DNA of 64,000 bases. Origin: Phoronis australis (Eukaryota; Animalia; Phoronida). The translations under genes and the position numbers were made by a program. The notes beneath the pieces are model-generated. The model made no database searches, had not been told where the DNA came from, and worked only from the letters and a program-made list of their open reading frames with translations. Location of the stretch: assembly GCA_002633005.1 (NCBI GenBank), contig NMRA01000356.1:133540-197539 (forward strand). Direction: 5' to 3'. Below, piece after piece: positions 1-12,200 of the stretch. Positions within the stretch are counted from its first letter, which is position 1; every line of letters begins with the position of its first letter.

Positions 1-141
1 TCACTAGTGGCACCTAGTGTAATGAACATTTCACTTCAGGCAAGTATGTCATCTGCTCACAAACCAGAAGCTAAAATGAAATCCCTGGCACTGTAGATAC
101 AACAATCACCTAACACAGCATTGGTCATGCTTTATACTTAC

Positions 142-286
142 GAACTTTATCCACGCTTCTATGTAACGTTCATCGTTCTTGTATCGGTCATCATCTTTAA
201 ACATGGCGAGACACTGTTCCAGAATGGAGGATAGGTTACACTCCTTCCCGCCCTTAGGAAAGTTCTGCTCAATCCACTTGATGTAC
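142..286 (-). CDS. BUB1: BUB1/MadBub coding exon 3
   Basis: YIKWIEQNFPKGGKE...YKNDERYIEAWIKF; AG acceptor, GTAAGT donor. Confidence 0.93.
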
Positions 287-3200
287 CTTGGAGTGTAAAT
301 ATGTGTTGTTATTGTCCACAAGTTGTGGATCCTATTCACATTGTGTTGTTATTGTCCACAAGTTCTGCAAGGATTTTGCAGTGTCCAGACATATGGTAAG
401 TTTGGAAATGATTTTTGCCAAGCATATCTAAAGTCATGATTGCAGTATGACTCACAAAATGAAGATTTTCTTAAAGAGTTTTGCCCCTTTTCAAACAAGG
501 AAATTATTTTGTTTCATGTGTGTAAACTATTGGTCGTTACAATGGGGGTAAAGTTACATGATGATATCTCGACAATAACAAGTTGAACTCCTTATGGGTA
601 TCTGGACACTCCGGTTCAAATATTTACTATAACTTTACAATGATTCCAACATCCAAAGATATCAAACTGAATACCTTTCCTAACTGACTAAGGTACACTA
701 TCATACATTCAACTGCCAGTAAAGAGAGCAATCTTGGTTTTTGTTGTTTTTTTTAATGCCATCTCATGCAAAATTGGTACATTTTTAAAAAATCCTAACA
801 GTGTTTTGGAGAATCGTGCAAAAGGCAAAGAATCTAAAAGTTTCATACAAATCTGATCTTCTGATATTCTATGTTCTGAAAGCTCCTACATAGCGTTAAA
901 AAGTATAGTTCAAAGTAAACACTCCAGGTGGATTTAACAGACAAGCATAGATGCTTCCCTATACTGGAAACACCTAACTTTGGTGTCGTGAAGTTATCAG
1001 CAGATGTTGCCGTCAACAATGGCATCAACTGTGTTGAAAATTTGCAGATATTTTCTTGAAATATTTACGCATACTTAAATGCTTGAGTTAAAAATTACTA
1101 TGCCACCTTGCAATAACTTCGCAGATCATTAAAGTCAATGGAAAAGCTCAAGTTAATTTTACTGTTGACGTAAAAGCACTTTTTGTAGCAGACTTAACTC
1201 GACAATGGAAGACGGCCTTCAGAACAGCAAAACATATATACATTATATTGAACTGTTAAAACAAAAGTTGAAGCGAGTAACCATGACAACAAGTACCTGT
1301 CCCAGACACTAAAAGGATCATCTCCACTGTATGTCCGTATATCAGCTTCGAACGTTCTGAAACAGAATTGAGAATCAAATTTTGTTAAATGGGGACTGAG
1401 GAGGAAATGCAATTCCATAAAAGCACATTTCATAATTTTGAAAGAATTATAATTTTTCATAGTTTGTGAACTGGCTATTACAACTAGTGTAAACAAAAAG
1501 ACCCCTCAAAGTCTAAAATCATATCATCAAGTCGCAAATCACTTATTTAATTGACATGGTGTATTACATTGATTTACAAAAATAACATTCTTTGATTAAA
1601 AATAAGTAGTTCATGGGGGTGGACATTTTGTGTATTTATTCATTTTGAAATAGTAACCTGCTTTTGTGAAAAGCAAAATGTGAGACTGACAACAAGAACA
1701 TGTCATTGGGTAGTAAGATGAACAACTTCTTCAACCAGTTATACGAATGGTACAGTCAATGACAATGAAACATGTTGGACATAGCAATAATATAATCTGC
1801 CTTGATTAAAAGTTTTGCCATCAAAAGATCACACAGGGCACCATTTTTTAAAACCTAGACACAAATATCTCTAATGTGGCAAGTTGGTAAACTCAATTCT
1901 GCATTATAGTGTGGACAGAATAGAGTTCATTATAATGAATCACAAACTTGATTCTTACTGGTTTGAAGGTGCCAGTCAGAACAGGAGCTTATCTCTTTCA
2001 AAGAGCATACTACTTAAAAGTCTTCTATAGTGATTCTCCACACAGAGAAATAGGCACGTTTTACGATGTTCCCAGTCCTGGCACTATGTGATGAGGACAT
2101 CCATAGCAAACTACAATGTGACTGACTGTTATCTGACTCCTGTTGGAATACTGTGGTGAATCTGCAGTGAGAGCAGAAATATATAAAGACCTCAGTCTCT
2201 AAATAACTCGCCTACAGGTAATTGCTGTTTGGTGAAATGGTTAGGACGCCTGGCTTTGAAACAAGAGGTACCGAATTCGAAACTTGGAACAAGGTGATCT
2301 TCACTATATTGGCCCCCAACAACGTAAGTACGGCAAAGTGGGACCACAGCCTCCTGAGTTTGATAGTGCTATGATGACTGAGGATGGTTATTTTCATGTA
2401 TAGTGCCGAGGAGGTGTACGTAGCGATGGCTGATATGATGTTTAGTTCCAGGTACCATGATCCTTAGTCATTGGATGGGGAAGATTATGGTAAATGTGCA
2501 GTGAATTCAAAACTCGGAACAAGCTGATTTTTCCCTTTTTCTAGTAATATCTTCGACTGTGAAAGTCCCTTCTATACATATACTACAGTAACAAAACATG
2601 AGATTACCAAACCCAGATATCAAACCAGGGACCCCGATAAAACTGCCCATTAGCAAGTGGCTAACAGATGCTGATATAATTCACCGGCAGCACATCTACA
2701 ACACTAAGCAATTGATCAACATACAAGACACTAAAAAGAAAGAAATGAGCTCCTGGGATATTTACTAAGCCGATTTATCGCTGTAGAGATAAGTATATAA
2801 CACCTGGTCCTTCTACTCATCATCAAGAGGCATGCTGATCGTGACTCTGCCACAAATGCAATGTTGAGATTCAACACCAGAGAGAGATATGTACGCTTTA
2901 ATAGTACACTTAACTACTTGCCAAGATGGCATTTTTGCCTAGCAAATTGTCAGACTACAACTGTGAGAGGTTGTGGATTCAAATCACCTTGGGGTAGAGG
3001 ATGATTTCAATTTCATTACATATAGAGCAAGAGATTCTTTTCTAATTGTTGTGACACGTGACTTCCGGGTGTGATGTACAGCCAGACAAAGCCTCTATAA
3101 ATTGCTTTCCGAGCAGCAATTGCCTCTTGGCATAACGGTTTAGATACTCCGCTCTCACACTTGCAACCTTGGTTCAAGCACTGATGTCGGAAAGTTTCTT

Positions 3201-5669
3201 CATTATCACCCAAACACGCTAGAACTCACAACCAGACACGATGTCAGTACTGCTCTCAGGGCAGAACGGAGTCACGCTCCAGCAGCTGCAGGGGAAACCC
3301 ATACCAGAGACGTGGTCGACCTGAGGCAGCAGGTGGTGCGCTTGATCTGTTGAAGGGAGAGGAGTGTGTAACACGTTCTCGACTGGGTGTGACGAAATGC
3401 TCAGCTCTCACACTTGCAACTCGCATTCAAGACCTGGTACTGGAAAAATTTTCTTCATAATGAGTAAGACTTAAGAGATTTATCTGTTGTAATCGTCAAC
3501 ATCATTCGCCCTTGACCTTTCTGTGGTGTCTTGTGATTTGTCAAGTTTCATTGTCTCCAGGATGTTTGTTTTATTGATATTGCTAGCGGGAGGCTGCTGG
3601 TAGTCTTTCAGCATGCAATCAGGCCATCTCTGCCATCAGGGATGAGCACCTAGATTGGGTTTTATTTGTTGTAGATGTGCTTCCGGTGAATCATATGAGC
3701 CTCTGTTAGCTACTCGCTAATGGGCAATTGCTTATTAGCTGAATGGTTAGCACGCTTGCCGGTTTTATGAGGGTCGCTGGTTCGATTCCCGGGTCGTGTA
3801 ATCTCGGCTATTACTACAAATGGCGTAGTTGGCAAACAGACGATCTACCGATGAAGCACTGCCAACTAGTACCCGTGGACCTTGGGACGGCGTGCATGGA
3901 AGGTTCCAGGAGTCAAGGACCTGTAGGAGAGACTACCTTGTGTTCACCTGTGTTGTGGTGGTAAAGGTACCAAGGGACGTTGATGTCCTGTATGCGAGAC
4001 ATCCTGGTGTTCACCTTACTGGTGGCGTGCCTGTTCCGTAGGGAAGGGGGGGAATGCAGGCCTTTATGCAGCGTACGTCCAAATGGACGCCCTAGCACTA
4101 ATATGGACACTCTGGCAAGGACCCAATGTATCCTTTAGACGCCCACTGTCAATAGGAACCTTTCAAGTTTGGACACACACATTGTAATGATTACTAGGAT
4201 GCCTCTGAAGGCTCAGTGGGGGCTCCTTTTTCAAAGCAGGAAGAAACATACAATGTATATACAAAGTATATACAATGTTGCTATGCTCACACTTGGTTGA
4301 TAGCAGTGGCGGATCTAGGATATCACAAGGGGGGGCCAACATTTTGTCCAGCTGTAAGCATTTGCGCAAAGTGAACCACAATTGTAGATCCGCATAGCAC
4401 CGAATGGGGGGAGGTTGCCCAGGAAATTTTTCTGTTTTTACCTCTAAAAATCAAGCATTTCCCTTGATTCCTGAAGAAAAAAAGGCAAAAAAAGGAGAAC
4501 GTGTCAAACAGGAAAAACTGCAAGTTCCAAAGATTCGAACTCACGACCTTGCAGTTAGAGCGCACATGCATTACCACTACTCCACCACGAATTAACTACT
4601 AATCATATACAAAGAGACCTACTTGTTTATGGTCCACAGCGTTTGCGCGCGAAACCTATTTCTTTTTGTAATGCTTATTACACGTTTTATATTTTGTGCC
4701 ATCAATTCTTAACAAATTTGTCGTATTTAAAATAGTCTTCAAATGCCCAAACGACCAAATCCGTTTTTCGTGTTGGCAATAATGACAGGATTGCTTTGGA
4801 AATCGTCCTAAGATAAGGTTTGACAAAGAGAGTATTGCGAGTTTCTGTGTGATTCACTAAGGCTTCGATTAAAATTCACATCTTACCAGCAGCTTCTGTT
4901 TTTTCATCGTCACTCAGGTTCCATTTTCTTTAAAAANNNNNNNNNNNNNNNNNNNNNNNNNNNNNNNNNNNNNNNNNNNNNNNNNNNNNNNNNNNNNNNN
5001 NNNNNNNNNNNNNNNNNNNNNNNNNNNNNNNNNNNNNNNNNNNNNNNNNNNNNNNNNNNNNNNNNNNNNNNNNNNNNNNNNNNNNNNNNNNNNNNNNNNN
5101 NNNNNNNNNNNNNNNNNNNNNNNNNNNNNNNNNNNNNNNNNNNNNNNNNNNNNNNNNNNNNNNNNNNNNNNNNNNNNNNNNNNNNNNNNNNNNNNNNNNN
5201 NNNNNCACAATAAAATGGCTGCCGAAGGCAGTGCACATTTGAAATAACTCGGCACAAATTAAAGAAAACTTCCGAATCGATGAATGCGGTATATCTGTGA
5301 GAGTTAAATCGAATCCTATTCAGATCATAACTTTGAAGTGGAATAATTCGGTGAGTACAACAGCAAGTCGGTTTTATGCTTAGGCGGACGAACATTGGGT
5401 TCCCCAGTATACTACATAACATAAGCTTGTGTAGATGCGTTTAAATGGCGAGTACTTCTAGAAGCTTAGCTAGTAAACCTGTAGGAATACAACATTTTTA
5501 TTATCAAAACTTACTGTTTTTCCTCCCTTAACCTGGCTTGCTGGTCGCTTGAATTAGGCTGCAAGGCTGCTGTTAAATTGGCAAATTTACGACCATGTTT
5601 TAGCGGTTGAACATTTTCTTTGCTCAGTTCCCACTCATTCGCGACGGCTATTTCGTCCCGGTTCTCCAT
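142..5669 (-). CDS. BUB1: Mitotic checkpoint BUB1/BUBR1 (MadBub) gene, 5' part (KEN box + TPR/Mad3-BUB1 homology region 1); continues beyond left edge
   Basis: Exons 5669-5515, 1356-1297 and 286-142 join in frame at GT-AG sites: MENRDEIAVANEWELSKENVQPLKHGRKFANL...EKQTFEADIRTYSGDDPFSVWDRYIKWIEQNFPKGGKECNLSSILEQCLAMFKDDDRYKNDERYIEAWIKF. EWELSKENVQPL, GDDP..W.RYI.W and Y.ND.RY are hallmark Mad3/BUB1 motifs. Confidence 0.95.
1297..1356 (-). CDS. BUB1: BUB1/MadBub coding exon 2
   Basis: 60 nt, TFEADIRTYSGDDPFSVWDR; AG/GT flanks; phase 2-2. Confidence 0.92.
3725..4160 (+). mobile_element. tRNA-derived SINE-like element in BUB1 intron 1
   Basis: Pol III A box (TAGCTGAATGG, ~3735) and B box (GGTTCGATTCC, ~3779) in tRNA spacing, followed by a GC-richer body of about 370 nt; 3' boundary approximate. 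Confidence 0.6.
4524..4590 (-). mobile_element. tRNA-like (SINE head / tRNA pseudogene) fragment
   Basis: Minus strand GGTGGAGTAGTGGTAATGCATGTGCGCTCTAACTGCAAGGTCGTGAGTTCGAATC has A and B boxes but no acceptor stem. Confidence 0.45.
4937..5205. other. Assembly gap (N run)
   Basis: Run of N. Confidence 1.
5515..5669 (-). CDS. BUB1: BUB1/MadBub coding exon 1 (KEN box)
   Basis: ATG at 5669; MENRDEIAVANEWELSKENVQPLKHGR...; donor GTAAGT immediately after 5515. Confidence 0.93.
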
Positions 5670-5804
5670 ATTTAAACTGAAATATTCACAAAATATTGTC
5701 AGCAACAACATCTAGGAAAATCAAGAATTAGATGCATAACCAACGACCTGCAAACACAAAGAAAAAAAGAAATTTAAATGTCAGGACCTTCCGTTGAAAA
5801 TCAC

Positions 5805-5883
5805 CTGTTTTGAAAACGACCGCCTGGCGCATGCGCATTCAGTTTTGCTAGCTGACGGAAATGGTTGAAAGAACTTTTCACAG
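5805..5883. promoter_or_regulatory. Compact bidirectional promoter between BUB1 and ACOXL
   Basis: NRF1 palindrome GCGCATGCGCA (5827-5837); minus-strand GGCGG-N5-TTCAAA resembles a CDE/CHR; flanked by putative 5'UTR introns 5748-5804 (minus) and 5884-6028 (plus). Confidence 0.6.
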
Positions 5884-6103
5884 GTGGTAGACAGGGCATG
5901 CCCGAAAAGAAAACAACAGAAATCCTTGATTGATGATTACATTGATTACTAAACAATGACATTTAATTCTAATAATATGTTTTTATCATAGGATTATGTG
6001 GTGATAAACTAATCAAATCTACTTTTAGGTCAATTCGATTTAACATGTCTCCCTTGAAGGGTACAAACCATTCTGAGTTGACCCCATTTGACACACTTGC
6101 AAA

Positions 6104-6207
6104 ATGGATCCTCCAACAAGTCTTTCGCGTTATCTGGATGGGGAATACTGGCAAGTGAAAGAGAAATTACGCAGCTATTTTGTTGACAATGAATTATTCA
6201 AACTCAG
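6104..6207 (+). CDS. ACOXL: ACOXL exon 1
   Basis: [34 protein letters not shown]; in-frame upstream stop at 6089; GTAAC donor. Confidence 0.8.
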
Positions 6208-9200
6208 GTAACATTTGATCCAGCATTGTTAAGATTTCTGAAACTTGCACAGTCAGGGATCTATAGATTAAAAATCAGGTTCTGGTGACCTGAGTTCGCT
6301 TTCAAGGAACTCGGCCTCGGACTTGTAAAAGTTGTTGCCTTAGGACAGGCATAAAATTCTAAATCCTTGTGAAACAGTCAGAACCTTCATTGGTTCAGAC
6401 TCGTACTTTGTCAACTAAATTCCTCACACTATAGGAATATAATATCTAGTGCTTATTAACAAATCGATGCATGCCTCCTTTTGCGGATTTTGCCTCTCCC
6501 TCTCAGCCAGGTTTACAGAGTGGAAACTCTGAACTTTGGCCATTATCACAAGACCGACAAATCAGGGTTGTCTTATATTTAAAGATAATCTGAACGATTA
6601 TGATTCACTAGACCCCAGTCGCCAGTGGTATTACCGAATTGTTAAGATAGGGGGGAGGGGGTATGCAATGCACCATCATATGGCTGTATATACTATATTG
6701 TTGTTTATGTATAAACAATTAGCTAAGTTAGTGGCTAAGCATCAGCACTGTAAATGTTGACTTTTTAATTAGCCATTTCAAAAAAGCTCTTCCAAGGCTT
6801 GATTTGGCAACCTGCAGCTCACCAGTGTCAGCTCAGTTTTTATTTTGACTACCTGGTAAAATCTACATGCAAAGTTGCTGGATTTTTGTGAGTTGCAACC
6901 ATATCATAAGCTGTCTAAAAATCAACGATAATTCATTTCAAAATTTGGTGATTTCCAAACTATAAAACTTAGTAACACTTTCCCCAAATTAATTACCTTT
7001 GGATCACAGTTGTTCTATTGTTGTCTTGAAATCAACACCTCTGCCACCATCAGCACAGCTCAGTACTACAGGAAGTAATCAAGCAGTAGCCAAAATTGTT
7101 CATCAAAATGCATATCATAAGCCTTGAGAACCTTGCTCAAATGCAATATCACACAGGACATCACCATGTATTACAAAAGAAGCACATTATCCAGTTGCTT
7201 CTGTCAACAGAACTTTTGCCCACTGCCCAATCTGTAGATGCAATACATTCGTGAACATGCAAGATCACATATTGTCATGGCGAGGTATCACCATACATCA
7301 CAAACAAAGTATGTAATGTGATAACTACTTGCGATATTCTTGTATCTACGGAAGTCAGCCCTGACAGAGCCCAACCATGACACGTGCAAATAATGTTTGC
7401 TGATCGACTGCTTTCTCCTTAAGATAGAGCTGTATACCTCCTTTTCTTGTCATGTTAGCCATTTTTAACAGGGCTGTCACTTGTGAAGATCGGAACGTTC
7501 ACACTGCCGTACATAGGGTTTCCTTTTTTGTGAACTCATTTCCCATTTGCTTACCTAGATATTTTGTCAGTTTGCCTTTGGCAAGTTAACATTCACTCTT
7601 CAATAAAAATGTTAATCATAATTCACCAGAATGCTTTGTGGAAGACCAACAGAACAGTTTGCATGTAGTTTCATTGGCTTTACTTGGCCATAACTTTCAT
7701 CGTGAACTAGAGGCAAAGAGCAAAGCAAAATAATGTTAGCTATTTGTTTATAATTGTTGTCTTCAAATTCTTGTAGCTGTGCAAAACATTAATTCATTGT
7801 CAATACAAGTTAACTGGCTTTTACAACAATTTAGCTTAAAATGTGGTAAACAGTGCCAGAAAATTTATTCTCATTGCCCTTTCCCCACACAGTTAACTTC
7901 CACTGAAGTTTGGATGTTAACTGGTGAACAGCAAAGTTAAGCGTCAGTGTTCCCATCAGCTTTGTAGTTATAGGCAGCGCTAATATGTCCTGTGGTCATA
8001 TGGCAAGAATTTCTCCCTCTCCCTAGATGGAAACTAGAATGTCAACTTCACAAGGCAGCCAATGGTTGCCATGTTGGGACGATGACGATGTACTAGAAAA
8101 TGAAATAGTACAAATTTTGAATCTTGAGGAGGCTAACAGCTGATCCAAACAAAGGTAGTATAGCGTGGCAGGAACAAGGTTTGCGTAGATTACATGTTCA
8201 GTGATTTAAGGAGTCCAGCAATTACGTGGATAAATTGAAACAAATTGTTTATACTGCCAAAATAATAATTATTAGAACAAAACATTTAACAAACAAGCAG
8301 TCACAGTTCACTGTTGTCAAATGCAGGCAGCGGTCGATATCCCCCGATGTCATCAAAGTTGGGTGTTCCAATTGTAGCATAGCGCCGACGCTTCACAATT
8401 ACATATCCACCTCTTTAGTTCAGAGTTAACTTGCGCTGTTAACTTCGTTAAGCGTTTCCATTGACCGAAGCTTCAGAGGCAGTGGGAAAGGCCTCTCAAT
8501 ACGGAAAGTAAGTGTTTCTTTTGTTAGTAATAGACATTTTGATAATTTTCAACTGTTTAGCAAACAAGTGAAATTTTGTTTATGAAAAATTTCTCAGCAA
8601 AAGTAGACATTAAGAAAATTTGAGTGTATCGGTAGCTTGATTACTACCGAGTAGATGCCATGGAACCACATTTTGGTAAAATTTCCAACATAAGAAAATT
8701 ACTGTTTTGTCATTTTTTGCGGAAAATAAGTGAAGAATTACATATGTTTGTTCTACGTGTTTAAGATTTGACCTATACCTGCCTGAGGCGCGGTCAGTGT
8801 CCACCAAGAGAGCCATGTACCTATTCCAAGTACCAGAGGTCCAACAGCAGTTTGACATGCAGGCACAGCAGGACCGTGGCTTCATCAATAGGAGTCTAGC
8901 TATGGGCGAAGTATTTGCGGCTACTGATGTGTCAGTCACCATCAAAGTAAGAAACTATGATCTGAATTCACTAAAGGTACCTAATTTGAAATGTTCGGCA
9001 GCTTATGTCTATGGACATTCTCAAGCTGGTAAGTATGTGAGTTTCATCCTGTTATGCTGGTTCATTGGTGGTTACTCAGAACGGAACTATGAAGAGTCCA
9101 GCTGGCACTGACATATGTCTGTATTCATGCAAGACACACCAGGGTTCCTTATGTGAATGAACTACCTGATCCATGTGCTGTATCTCATCTAGACTAATCT

Positions 9201-12200
9201 GAGTTCCTGCCAACCAGCCAGAATGACACTGAGACCTCTGATGATATGTTAGTCACCTGAAACTACAAGTTTGAGAATGGACACAGACATGAATGGCCGG
9301 AAATGTTCACAGTAAGAGTCTCATCTACACACTATTTTCTAGATAAATAAAATTGTTGTGACCTGGCTTGTATTTGTTAGATGCCTTTGAAGGAAAATAG
9401 GTTGCAGTGTTAAGGTGGTTGGTGTTTTTACCAGAATTCAGATTGAGCATGCTGCTCCCAGATGTTGGCAGAAGTCACACCATTGAGTTATTCAGTTCAT
9501 GACCTGCAAAGGAATAACACAGTCTCTTATATTAGAGTACCGACTGTGTGTGGAAAACGTGGAAAAGATGTTGAGAGCACCAACATTTTCAGATGACTGT
9601 TCCAAAAAATTTGGTTTTATGCTCAGAAGTGAACGATAGGGATTGTAAACGAATGCATATTGTTTACTGTGTCACTCCGGATAAAGTGTTACACTGAGGT
9701 GTTCACAACATCAACTATCAGTGACAAGCTTGTTACGTTCAGAAAACCTTACATTGCATACATAATCTTATTGTGTTGATCTTTTACAGATGGGTGTCAT
9801 GGCCTGGCTATTTGGTGGTGCTGTTATCAGTTTAGGAACAGATGAACAAATTAAGAAGTGGTTTTTACCTCTTAAGGTATGATGTACCAAAAATTGCATT
9901 TTAGTTGAGAAATTTGAGCATTTTCCTGGAGGCAGCAATTACAATTCACAAGTATGGACATATCATGACTTCAAATCTTTCAAGTGTTTTGCTGTCATCG
10001 TGACTAGTTATGTTTAGTGTTAGAGAAAATGCCTAGTGGGTGGGAACAAAATTTTGGTCTACACTTTATTTCCAGTACACTCACTCACCTGAGGGGAAAG
10101 ATGCCTTCTTGATTAGGGGGAAAATACACTCCCCAGCCCGAGTGCCAACCTTCATTGGCAGTGCCTTAAGTAGACATAAGTGATTCTGATTTTTATGCAC
10201 CCACATATTTATATGTGGACGCATTATGCCGTCATCTCTGTCCGTCCGTCCGTCCGTCCGTCCGGGCGGCGTCCGTCCGGCGTCCGCTGCTCTATCTCCA
10301 AAACCCTTTAACATACGTTCATGAAATTTGGCACATATGTTCCATTCATGAGTGGGACGGCATGTGCGAACTTTCGGACGGATCCGACCACCGGTGTGCC
10401 CCCTAGTGGCAATTTTAGTTTTTTACGCTTACCTTTGTATCTTCAAAAGTCCTGAACGGATTTTCATGAAATTTGGTATGTAGGCACCTAGTAATGAGAT
10501 GACGCTATCCTGCCGTTTTCGGATGGATTCGACATAGTTTGCGCCACCTAGTGGCCATTTTTAGTGTTTTCGAGTCTGTTTTTGTGCTTCCNNNNNNNNN
10601 NNNNNNNNNNNNNNNNNNNNNNNNNNNNNNNNNNNNNNNNNNNNNNNNNNNNNNNNNNNNNNNNNNNNNNNNNNNNNNNNNNNNNNNNNNNNNNNNNNNN
10701 NNNNNNNNNNNNNNNNNNNNNNNNNNNNNNNNNNNNNNNNNNNNNNNNNNNNNNNNNNNNNNNNNNNNNNNNNNNNNNNNNNNNNNNNNNNNNNNNNNNN
10801 NNNNNNNNNNNNNNNNNNNNNNNNNNNNNNNNNNNNNNNNNNNNNNNNNNNNNNNNNNNNNNNNNNNNNNNNNNNNNNNNNNNNNNNNNNNNNNNNNNNN
10901 NNNNNNNNNNNNNNNNNNNNNNNNNNNNNNNNNNNNNNNNNNNNNNNNNNNNNNNNNNNNNNNNNNNNNNNNNNNNNNNNNNNNNNNNNNNNNNNNNNNN
11001 NNNNNNNNNNNNNNNNNNNNNNNNNNNNNNNNNNNNNNNNNNNNNNNNNNNNNNNNNNNNNNNNNNNNNNNNNNNNNNNNNNNNNNNNNNNNNNNNNNNN
11101 NNNNNNNNNNNNNNNNNNNNNNNNNNNNNNNNNNNNNNNNNNNNNNNNNNNNNNNNNNNNNNNNNNNNNNNNNNNNNNNNNNNNNNNNNNNNNNNNNNNN
11201 NNNNNNNNNNNNNNNNNNNNNNNNNNNNNNNNNNNNNNNNNNNNNNNNNNNNNNNNNNNNNNNNNNNNNNNNNNNNNNNNNNNNNNNNNNNNNNNNNNNN
11301 NNNNNNNNNNNNNNNNNNNNNNNNNNNNNNNNNNNNNNNNNNNNNNNNNNNNNNNNNNNNNNNNNNNNNNNNNNNNNNNNNNNNNNNNNNNNNNNNNNNN
11401 NNNNNNNNNNNNNNNNNNNNNNNNNTATAGGATGTGCTTGTATTATGAAGATTACTCACATTTTGCCCCTAGCCTATTGAGGAGACAATGACCATGCCTT
11501 TCCATTTTGCAAAGTATGCCCTCTACTGGCCACTTTATGGTACCAATAAACAACCCTAGAAGGATACCGTATGCGGTGCAATTGTGGGCGCATTTCAACG
11601 CTCCGCGTTGCTCTTGTTTTGTATTGGAGAACAGTGCCAATAGTTGGCCCCAAAATCAGGCCACTGAGGACCGTGCTCTACATTTCAGAAGTATACACAA
11701 TAACATAACTTTAATAATTTAGCCAGGGTTAAAAGTAATTTGCAAAAAATCTTGAAGCGTACAGAATTGATTAGGTTAAACCGCCTTTCAGCTGCAGTTG
11801 TAGGCAGGAGGGGAATTTCTTGGTTGAGTAAATTCCCCCTCCAAACCCCAGTTGCCACTCCTGTCAGCAATGTCTCAAGTAGCCAAAATTAATGTTTCGC
11901 ACAAGTGACTCTAAAATTGATAGGAATTTTTAATCATTTGATAATTGAGGGAATTTTTTAGCCCATTGAGGGGAATTTTCCAGGATTTTTTAAAGTATTT
12001 TTCGCAGGGGAATAAGGCCGATATTCATTCCCAGAAGTAAAGCATTGAGAGATCTAACTTCTGACAGAGATGAAATAAGAATCTGCCTCAAGAGCAGTTT
12101 GCTGGCATGTTGGTATGTAATCTCCATGCATTTTTAAGTTTACCTATAAGCATAATTGCTTATTATGTCCACTTTGTACATTCCAGGACCTTAAATTCTC

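Noticed and set aside
3820-3875. Hammerhead ribozyme in the SINE body
   Set aside because: Lacks the CUGAUGA and GAAA cores in the required arrangement
4524-4590. tRNA with CTA anticodon (amber suppressor) on the minus strand
   Set aside because: No acceptor stem and a poor T-stem; better explained as a SINE head or decayed tRNA
7100-7260. Minus-strand [10 protein letters not shown] resembling a PHD-finger remnant
   Set aside because: Interrupted by stops and too short to support; at most a TE relic
8410-8507. Possible ACOXL exon ending at a strong GTAAGT donor
   Set aside because: Stops in the candidate frames, overlaps a MITE-like end, and exons 1-2 already join correctly
4910-11480. Long ORFs at 4910-5422 and 10539-11480 in the ORF track
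   Set aside because: Artefacts of translating N gaps
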